From an uncultured Spirochaetota bacterium (GTDB lineage Bacteria; Spirochaetota; Spirochaetia; SZUA-6; Fen-1364), in NCBI GenBank assembly GCA_963781885.1, contig CAWAHW010000004.1:224001-288000 (forward strand): a stretch of 64,000 nucleotides of DNA, in the 5' to 3' direction. Positions within the stretch are counted from its first letter, which is position 1. Every line of letters starts with the position of its first letter. Shown here piece after piece: positions 9,827 through 17,125 of this stretch. Both the position numbers and the translations under genes were made by a program. The notes under the pieces were generated by a model that did no database searches, was not told where the DNA came from, and saw only the letters and a list, made by a program, of their open reading frames with translations.

Positions 9827-10087
9827 TCAAATCCCGTCTTTGTACACATCCCTGCGATGCCCGATTTTGAGAACAAGCACCGACGAGTTACTGAGGCGGT
9901 AAATTATCCGATAGTCGCCAACACGGACGCGGTACAAGTTAAGGCGGGCTTCCAGTTTTACAGCTCCCCTTGGCCGGGGATATGTTCCCAAGGCTTCCAT
10001 GGCGTCGAGAATCCTTATTTGTGCTGAACGAGGAAGCCGCCTGAGTTGCCTCCGCGCCGACGGAGCAACGACTACCCCATAAGTTAC
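9827..10087 (-). CDS. relE: RelE/ParE-family toxin (absent from the ORF track; first codon is GTA)
   Basis: Manual translation: VTYGVVVAPSARRQLRRLPRSAQIRILDAMEALGTYPRPRGAVKLEARLNLYRVRVGDYRIIYRLSNSSVLVLKIGHRRDVYKDGI*. Has the YRxRVGDYRIIY and GHRRDVY RelE motifs. Confidence 0.85.
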   Translation of the reverse strand, partial: VTYGVVVAPSARRQLRRLPRSAQIRILDAMEALGTYPRPRGAVKLEARLNLYRVRVGDYRIIYRLSNSSVLVLKIGHRRDVYKDGI

Positions 10088-10096
10088 GCGGGAACC

Positions 10097-10354
10097 TCAG
10101 AGCCCCAGTTCTTTCCTGAGCTGTGCAGCGGAGATCGTACCCTTTCGGGCTGCTTCTCTGAGTGCCTTTTTTGCATCCTCGATATCCTTCTTGTCCTCGA
10201 TCGCTTCCAGCGTCCTGACGTCCTCAAGAGGAACGATCGCGGCGACCCGTTTGCCCCGGCGAGTGAGGATCACCCTCTCTTTGCCGAAAGCGGCGCGATT
10301 GATCGCTTCGGAAAAACTCTCTCGCAATTCCACCGTGCTCATCTCTCTGATCAC
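10097..10354 (-). CDS. Phd/YefM-family antitoxin
   Basis: ELRESFSEAINRAAFGKERVILTRRGKRVAAIVP motif. GTG start after GGAGG. Confidence 0.9.
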   Translation of the reverse strand: MIREMSTVELRESFSEAINRAAFGKERVILTRRGKRVAAIVPLEDVRTLEAIEDKKDIEDAKKALREAARKGTISAAQLRKELGL

Positions 10355-10454
10355 CCTCGGTTTCCTCCAACTTCCCCAAATGTACATTTAAGGAAGCTGG
10401 GCCTGGACAAGCCCCACGACAGTATTCTCTCCCTGGTTCGGTGCAGCTGCCTCC

Positions 10455-11543
10455 TCATTCAGAGCACTGGACAACGACCTTGCCCACGTTGATCTCGCCC
10501 CGGGCAAACGCCTCAAAGGCTTGCTGCAGGGAGACGGGATCGAAAGGAACTATCCTGGTGATCTCGGCCTTGAGCTTCCCCTCCTCGGTCCATTGAACGG
10601 CCCGCTCGAGACCCTGGATGACACTCGCTCGGGCTTGTGGATTCTGGAACTCGGGATCCGTCGCATATCTTCCAAGGTCGCCGATGACCATCCTGCCCCC
10701 TCGTGCCTCGACGACGGAGGACAAGTCTGTCGACCCGAATTGCTTCAACTGCCGGGCGGTTCCCAGGCGGATGTATTCGCCACCCGAGGCAATCACCGCC
10801 GAAGACTGCTGGTAGGACGATGGCGAGTTGGTGGAGTCATAGACCACGTCGACGCCCCGCCCGTCGGTCAGCTTGAAGATTTCCTTCGCCACGTCCTGCC
10901 GGGAATAGTCGATGACGTGATCGACGTGAAGTCGATGCAGGAGCTCTATCGTGGCTGCCTTGCCAGCAGACCCGATGACCTTGAGCCCATGGATCTTGGC
11001 CATCTGGACCGCAAAGTGTCCGAGGCCGCCGCCCGCGCCGGCAATGTAGATCCACTTGCCGCGGTGCCGCTGGATGTCGCCGGACAGGATCAGGCTCTCG
11101 TACGCTGTCAGGAAAGCAATCCCGAAGGTGCTGGCTTCGGTCGCGGGAACACGGCCACGGGGTACGATCCTGTCGGAATGGCTTTTGACCACCGCGTACT
11201 CGGCGAAACATCCTCCTTTGCTGATGCCGCCGAGAACCGGATCGCCCACCTGCAGCCCGCGAGGGCCCTCACCACCCCGCTTGACAATGACCCCGCTGTA
11301 GTCGAACCCCAGAACATAGGGGTCGGGAAGCTGGAAGATATTTCTCCTCGCCATGAGCGGATCCATCTTGTTGATCGACGCATAGTCCACCCGAACAAGA
11401 ATCTCGTCGGGGGCCAGGGACGAAATAGTCTTCCGTTGAAGACTCACAGGATCTCCTTCGTGCGAGATCGCAAGTGTATTGAAACTCAGGGGCAGCTGGA
11501 CCTCTGCGATTGGTAACGATTGATCTGGATGGGAAGCTGGCAT
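10455..11543 (-). CDS. MDR-family NADPH:quinone/alcohol oxidoreductase
   Basis: ASINKMD, VLGFDYSG, AGAGGGLGHFAVQMAK, GVDVVYD and GKVVV motifs. Confidence 0.9.
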   Translation of the reverse strand: MPASHPDQSLPIAEVQLPLSFNTLAISHEGDPVSLQRKTISSLAPDEILVRVDYASINKMDPLMARRNIFQLPDPYVLGFDYSGVIVKRGGEGPRGLQVGDPVLGGISKGGCFAEYAVVKSHSDRIVPRGRVPATEASTFGIAFLTAYESLILSGDIQRHRGKWIYIAGAGGGLGHFAVQMAKIHGLKVIGSAGKAATIELLHRLHVDHVIDYSRQDVAKEIFKLTDGRGVDVVYDSTNSPSSYQQSSAVIASGGEYIRLGTARQLKQFGSTDLSSVVEARGGRMVIGDLGRYATDPEFQNPQARASVIQGLERAVQWTEEGKLKAEITRIVPFDPVSLQQAFEAFARGEINVGKVVVQCSE

Positions 11544-11636
11544 TTTCTTGTCTCCTTGGGTTCAAGGTACTGACTTGACTTCATACGATCCATGTTCCAA
11601 AGTCCAAACTATCGTCGAGATAGTCCAGGAGGACTC

Positions 11637-12612
11637 GTGGATCCACTTTCCGATGTCATTTCGCTCCTCAAGCCGAATAGTTTCACCTGCAGCGGTTTTG
11701 ATGTCGGTGGGGCGCACTCGGTGCAGTTCCCCCGGTTTGAAGGCGTCAAGTACTACGCACTGGTCTCGGGTCAGCTCTGGTTATTGGTGGAAGGGACATC
11801 GGAAGCGATCCGGCTTGCTGCAGGAGACTTTGTCCTGCTGACCGGTGGACATACGTGTCGCCTGACTTCGGACCCGTCGTTGCCCGCCACCGATATTGCG
11901 GTCTTCAAGTCGATGATCCAGCATAACGGTGACATTGTGACTCTCAACGGGGGCGGAGACTGCCTGACCCTTGGAGGACACTTCCTTCTCTCCGGATACC
12001 ATGCTAATGTCCTCCTCGATCTCCTTCCTCCCGTCATTCACATCCGCAAAGAGTCGGTCGATCCTTCATTTTCATTGGTCCCTCGATCTCTTGATGCATG
12101 AGCTCCGGACCTCCCGACCCGGCAGCAGCCTCGTGGAACAGCACCTCGCCTCCCTGATCCTGATCCAGGCCCTGCGGGTCTACCTGTCTGAAGACTCCCG
12201 GAGCATTTCCGGGTGGTTGTTTGCTCTTTCCGATGAAAAGATCAGCCGCGCGCTGATCGCCATCCACGCTGACCCGGCCCGACGCTGGACACTCCAGGAA
12301 TTGGCCGCGATGGCGGGAATGTCCCGTTCTCTTTTCGCCCAGAGGTTCAAAGCGACGGTTGGTACCTCGGCCATGGAATATGTGACCCGATGGCGGATGT
12401 TCAAGGCAACGGAACGGTTGCTGGACTTCCACGATCCAATCGCTGAGATTGCACCGTCTCTCGGCTACGAGTCGGAGAGTGCCTTCAGCGCTGCCTTCAA
12501 GAGAGTCCTGGGGTGTTCCCCACGACAGTATGTGCGCACTCATTCCAGGCAGAAGGCCCTGGTCGTTGACGATGGTGCGGGGGCACTTGAAATGCCAGGG
12601 CAGAACGGATAA
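11637..12612 (+). CDS. AraC-family regulator (cupin + HTH), frameshifted near 12060-12075
   Basis: GTG-DPLSDVISLL N-terminal cupin in one frame; WTLQELAAMAGMSRS...LGYESESAFSAAFKR HTH in the +1 frame. Divergent from the MDR gene. Confidence 0.88.
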
Positions 12613-12640
12613 TCCTACACGCAACAGGGAGGAGATACAG

Positions 12641-12724
12641 ATGGGAAACAAGGATAGGAAGAAAGACAAGAAGAAGCCGAAGAAGACCGCGACGAAAAAG
12701 CCGGGCCCTTCGAGCGTGAAGTAG
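12641..12724 (+). CDS. 27-aa lysine-rich small protein
   Basis: Strong RBS GGAGGAG then ATG; MGNKDRKKDKKKPKKTATKKPGPSSVK*; followed by a GC hairpin. Confidence 0.6.
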   Translation: MGNKDRKKDKKKPKKTATKKPGPSSVK

Positions 12725-12917
12725 CCCCGACCCCGCCCGCCGCGGCCCACGGCCGGCTTCGCGGCAAGGGTTGACCCGCGGGCGGGGTCACGGTCAGTGT
12801 CGGCCTGTGCGGGCGGAGGGCGACCCGGCCAGGCGCCTCAAGCCCATCCGCCCGTCACGGCGCGGCGCATTCGAGGGGGACGGGCACCCCGGCCCCTGCC
12901 CTCCTCCGCGGTTGCGA

Positions 12918-14681
12918 TTACCCCGCAAGCTCCTGCGCTTTCCACATCTCCGCCATCTTGTCGCCCTCCAGCCTGATGAGCCAGATCACACGGGATTCAC
13001 TATCGATGTCCGGGCACGCTCCCCGGGTCGTGCTGTGCACCGCCACCCTGTCCCCTTCGCTGAGGATCGTCTCCACGCCGATGTGGAAGTCGGGGCACTC
13101 CGCGCGCGTCTTCAGGAGCTCGGCAGGCACATCCTGCGCGCCACGGATCAGCACGTTCGAATGATCCACCCAGTGCGGGTGGAGGATGTCGTGGATGCGG
13201 GAGATGTTGCCGGTATTCCACATCTCGAAGTATCGACGCACCACCGACTTGTTAATTTCGGGATCCGATACCCGGGAAACGGCGCGTCGCGCGCGGATCG
13301 GCCTGATGAGGAACGCCGTGACGAAAAAGCCCGCCGCGGCAAAACCCGATGCCATTCGGAGCGCCACGGTGATCCCGCGCATGAATGCATCGCCAAAGCC
13401 GGTCGTTCCATGGGCCGTTGCTCCGAAAACCGTGACCAGTATCGCCAGGCCGATGGACCCTCCAACGGAAATCATGGTCTGCGCAAGACCCGACGCCGCG
13501 CCTGACTCCTTGCGCTCCACGCCCGACAGTGCCGTCACGTTGAGGGGCATGATGCAAAGCCCCGACGCAAGGCCGATGAGGGCCAGCGGACCGAGCAGAC
13601 CGCCGATGTACGTGCTTGCAGGGGACAGGAAGGTCAGCCAGAAAAGACCGGCGGCTTGCACGAACGTCCCCGTCAGGATGAGACGCCACGGTTCCCACCT
13701 CTTGAGAAGGCGCGGCACCACGCGCACGGTGACCAGGATCATTGCCGCCAGGGGCAGGTACGCCAGCCCCGCCTGCAGCGGGCTGAGCCGCAGCACGCCC
13801 TGGAGGAACTGCGTGGAGAAGAAGAAGGTCCCGAAGTTGCCCGCGATGACGAGGAGCAGCGCCAGGTAGGCGCCGACCCGCCTGCGGTCGGAGAACAGCC
13901 CGAGGGGCAGCAGGGGCTCGGCCGTCCTCTGCTCGTGCCGGATGAAGAAGCCCAGGAGCACGACGGCAAGCGCAAACGCGGCCAGGGCGAGCGGGTTGCC
14001 CCAGCCGGACGATGCCGCGCGTATCAGGCCGAAGACGAGCGACGTCATTCCCACGGTGGAGGAGACGGCCCCCGGCAGGTCGAACCTGCCCTCGCGCCGC
14101 TCGGTTTCCTTGAGAACGATCGGCACGAGGACGACAAGCGCGATGCCCACCGGCACGTTGACAAAGAACACCCATCTCCAGGAGAGCAGCCCCGTGAGCA
14201 CGCCTCCCATGGTGAGGCCGATGATGCTCCCAAGGCTTGCCGCCGCCGAGTAGAAGCTGAGGGCGCGATTGCGCGGCTGCCCTTCCGGGAAGCTCGTCAC
14301 CAGGAGCGCCATCGTGCTGGGAGTGGCGAACGCCGCGCCGACGCCTTGGAGCACGCGCGCCGCCAGGAGCAGCCACGCGTTCGGTGCCAGGCCGCCCAGC
14401 GCCGAGGCCGCGGTGAACAGGACCAGGCCGGTGAGCAGGCTGCGCTTGCGCCCGACGATGTCGCCCGACCTTCCCCCGAGGAACAGGAGCCCGCCGTAGG
14501 CGAGCATGTACGCGTTGACCACCCAGGCCAGGCCGACGGCGGAGAATCCCAGTGCCTGCCGCATCGACGGCAGTGCAATATTGACGATGCTCATATCGAT
14601 GCCGATCATGAGATAGCTCGCCACGATGATCCCGAGGATCACGCCCTGCCGAGCCTCCCTGGTCGATGTTTTCATTTCCAT
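12918..14681 (-). CDS. DHA2 (EmrB/QacA-type) MFS exporter fused to a C-terminal SnoaL-like domain
   Basis: DMSIVNIALP, GRSGDIVGRK and WRWVFFVNVPVG motifs; then INKSVVRRYFEMWNTG...PDFHIGVETILSEGDRVAV...RLEGDKMAEMW in the same frame. Confidence 0.88.
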   Translation of the reverse strand: MEMKTSTREARQGVILGIIVASYLMIGIDMSIVNIALPSMRQALGFSAVGLAWVVNAYMLAYGGLLFLGGRSGDIVGRKRSLLTGLVLFTAASALGGLAPNAWLLLAARVLQGVGAAFATPSTMALLVTSFPEGQPRNRALSFYSAAASLGSIIGLTMGGVLTGLLSWRWVFFVNVPVGIALVVLVPIVLKETERREGRFDLPGAVSSTVGMTSLVFGLIRAASSGWGNPLALAAFALAVVLLGFFIRHEQRTAEPLLPLGLFSDRRRVGAYLALLLVIAGNFGTFFFSTQFLQGVLRLSPLQAGLAYLPLAAMILVTVRVVPRLLKRWEPWRLILTGTFVQAAGLFWLTFLSPASTYIGGLLGPLALIGLASGLCIMPLNVTALSGVERKESGAASGLAQTMISVGGSIGLAILVTVFGATAHGTTGFGDAFMRGITVALRMASGFAAAGFFVTAFLIRPIRARRAVSRVSDPEINKSVVRRYFEMWNTGNISRIHDILHPHWVDHSNVLIRGAQDVPAELLKTRAECPDFHIGVETILSEGDRVAVHSTTRGACPDIDSESRVIWLIRLEGDKMAEMWKAQELAG

Positions 14682-14713
14682 GTGTGTCTCACCTCCGTGA
14701 TGAGTCCGTTATT

Positions 14714-14761
14714 CGGAGTGTATCTCCGTTTAGCGAATGGAATATACGGAGGGGTCCTCCG
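14714..14761. promoter_or_regulatory. Two palindromic TetR operators CGGAG-N5-CTCCG
   Basis: CGGAGTGTATCTCCG (14714-14728) and CGGAGGGGTCCTCCG (14747-14761), between the divergent MFS and tetR genes. Confidence 0.75.
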
Positions 14762-14792
14762 ATAGTCAACACGAAAGGTTGATTGGTATATT

Positions 14793-15377
14793 ATGAGAGC
14801 GATGAGTGAAAAAGCCGATCGTCCGCTTCGCGCCGACGCCCAGAAAAATTATGCGCGCCTGATCGACGTGGCAAACAGGGTCTTCATGAAGAAGGGCCCG
14901 GACGCGTCACTGGAAGAGATCGCACGCGTCGCGGAAGTAGGCATCGGCACGCTCTATCGCCACTTCCCGACCAGGACAGACCTCCTGCAGTCGGTGTACG
15001 CCGAGCAGATCGAGGCCTTGATTGCCCGAGCCTACGAGCTGCGTGACAGTTTGCCTCCCCGGGAGGCGCTGCTCTCGTTCCTGGACGCCGCGGCGGACCA
15101 CATGACGAACTACAAGGCCTTGAAGGCCTGTCTCATCACGGCAGGGGAAGGCGCCGCGAAATCGCACCAGCAGTGGGCGCCGCGCCTGTACGAAGCTGTC
15201 GGCGCCCTGCTGGCTGCCGCGGAAAAGGCGGGGGCGGTTCGCGGCGGACTCGAGCCCATGGATCTCATGAAGCTCATCCATGCCATCACGGTGGCAGCGG
15301 AGAAATCACCCGACAGCGCGGCCCAGGCGAAAAAGTTGCTGGGCATCATGACCGACGGCCTGTTCAAGAACACATGA
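14793..15377 (+). CDS. TetR/AcrR-family transcriptional regulator
   Basis: LRADAQKN...SLEEIARVAEVGIGTLYRHFPTR helix-turn-helix. Confidence 0.93.
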   Translation: MRAMSEKADRPLRADAQKNYARLIDVANRVFMKKGPDASLEEIARVAEVGIGTLYRHFPTRTDLLQSVYAEQIEALIARAYELRDSLPPREALLSFLDAAADHMTNYKALKACLITAGEGAAKSHQQWAPRLYEAVGALLAAAEKAGAVRGGLEPMDLMKLIHAITVAAEKSPDSAAQAKKLLGIMTDGLFKNT

Positions 15378-15420
15378 TGCCTGTATAGGCGCGGGCGGGG
15401 CACGCCCGGCTCTACCAGGC

Positions 15421-16107
15421 TTAGCGGGGCTGCATGCCCGCGGTCTGCGCGAGGTGCGCCGTGACCTCAGGGGAAAGGTTCAGCGCGGCAGCGAGCTGCG
15501 CCAGGTAGTCCGTCTCCGCGGGCGTGTCCACCTCGATCGCAAGGAGGGAGGCCGCGTACAGCTTCGCGGCAAGCTCGGGGTTGCCCCGGGCGGCCGCCAC
15601 AAGCTCCGTGGTGTCCAGCGGCTTTGCCATTTCCGCCCTGAGAAAGTCCAGGCCCGCCTTTTCCTCGCCGGATTCATGGATGGCGGCAAGGATGCGGCTC
15701 ATCTCTGATTCGTCGATATGTCCATCCGCCTTGGCGGCGCTGATCATTGCCTTGAGGACGAGCTCGGAGTGCCGCTCCAGCTCTGCCCTTTCCGCGTCGG
15801 TCTGCGGCGCCCGGTAGGCGGGCGGCGCATCCTGGCCCTGGAAGTGGCCATTGTTCTTGAGCGCCTGCCACGCCATGAGGCCGAGCATCGTCACGGCTCC
15901 GCCGCCGATGCCGCCCCTGATGGCGCCTCCCAGCCCCCTGCCCGACCCCATGACCGCGCCGGCCAGCGCTCCTATGCCTCCGATGGCCAGGTTCTGGTTG
16001 CCGCCCATCATGCGACCGGCCTGGTTCAGCATGTTTCCCATCCTGTTCGTGGAGGATTGGCTGACACCCGATTGGAGGAATGATCCAAGCATGTTTCCAA
16101 AGTTCAT
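15421..16107 (-). CDS. DUF533/YebE (TerB-like) protein
   Basis: Gly-rich hydrophobic N-terminus; AMISAAKADGHID.E and YAASLLAIEVD..AE..YL motifs. Confidence 0.85.
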   Translation of the reverse strand: MNFGNMLGSFLQSGVSQSSTNRMGNMLNQAGRMMGGNQNLAIGGIGALAGAVMGSGRGLGGAIRGGIGGGAVTMLGLMAWQALKNNGHFQGQDAPPAYRAPQTDAERAELERHSELVLKAMISAAKADGHIDESEMSRILAAIHESGEEKAGLDFLRAEMAKPLDTTELVAAARGNPELAAKLYAASLLAIEVDTPAETDYLAQLAAALNLSPEVTAHLAQTAGMQPR

Positions 16108-16180
16108 GTCTGTGTCCTTGCCGATGATCGTACGGCGGGGCGCACCGGGCTGTCAACGGCAGACGAAATATGAGTGCTCC

Positions 16181-17125
16181 CTACCACGCGCGGGGGATCC
16201 TGTAGAGAACGAACTTGTTCCGAGAGCCACCAAAATATGCCAGGATGTAAACAGTCGCGTTCGGATCGGCGGCGACGAGCTGGAGATTGGCGTCATCCTC
16301 GTATCGAAGACCGTAAAGGCGGACGAGGTCCCCCTTCTTGTTTCGGATTCCAAGGACAGAACCATCTTCCCACGAATAGAAGTTGCCGAACCGGTCAAAA
16401 AAGCAGGTCTGCGGCCATGACAGGTCCGGAATCGAATCTTCCGCAAGACGATCCCTTCTGTTGCTGTTCCAGAAATCGAGAATGCGCTTCGAAATACGAG
16501 CCAGTGGTTTGCCGTCGGAAATCAGGACGCCGTTCTTGTCGAACACGAGCTTCCTGCTTCGCGCTTCCTTGCCTTGAAGGAAGCTTTTCGTTTCATCGGC
16601 GCCTCGAAACACAGGCTCTTGAGCACGACCAGGAAAGAATTGAAGGCTCGAATAGCCACCCTTGTCCGGATTTTCCGACAAAATCAGGTCACCGGCGATC
16701 AGCGTCGGAAAGAATACAGCATCGTCCATCCTCCGCTTTGTCGCACTGTCTTCCCAGGCCGCGCGTATGTCGAAAACCATCTGTCGCGTCGCAAGATCGA
16801 GGACCTGGAGCGTCCGCGGCGGCTGTTGCCCGAATCCGATCAGCCGGCCCGCATCGAAGGCGAGGAAGCACGTGAAGATGTCGAACCCTGGAGAGAACGA
16901 TTCTATCCGCCCGTCTTTCCTGATCTCCGTCGTTCGGTGGTTGTTGGCGTCGGCAATATAGACATTGCCGTCCGCGTCTGCGGCAATGGCGACGGGAGTC
17001 CCGATGGCGTCTTCTGCCGTGCCCATCTCGTATTCACCCGCTGCCTCATCGATGAGACGGGTATCTATCGCGCGGGCACTGGTGCCGACGAGCGCCAGGA
17101 CGAGCACAATCACGGCAGTCTTCAT
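16181..17125 (-). CDS. Secreted NHL-like beta-propeller protein
   Basis: Signal peptide MKTAVIVLVLALVG; PVAIAADADGNVYIADANNHR NHL-like blade. ATGA-coupled to the upstream gene. Confidence 0.7.
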   Translation of the reverse strand: MKTAVIVLVLALVGTSARAIDTRLIDEAAGEYEMGTAEDAIGTPVAIAADADGNVYIADANNHRTTEIRKDGRIESFSPGFDIFTCFLAFDAGRLIGFGQQPPRTLQVLDLATRQMVFDIRAAWEDSATKRRMDDAVFFPTLIAGDLILSENPDKGGYSSLQFFPGRAQEPVFRGADETKSFLQGKEARSRKLVFDKNGVLISDGKPLARISKRILDFWNSNRRDRLAEDSIPDLSWPQTCFFDRFGNFYSWEDGSVLGIRNKKGDLVRLYGLRYEDDANLQLVAADPNATVYILAYFGGSRNKFVLYRIPRAW

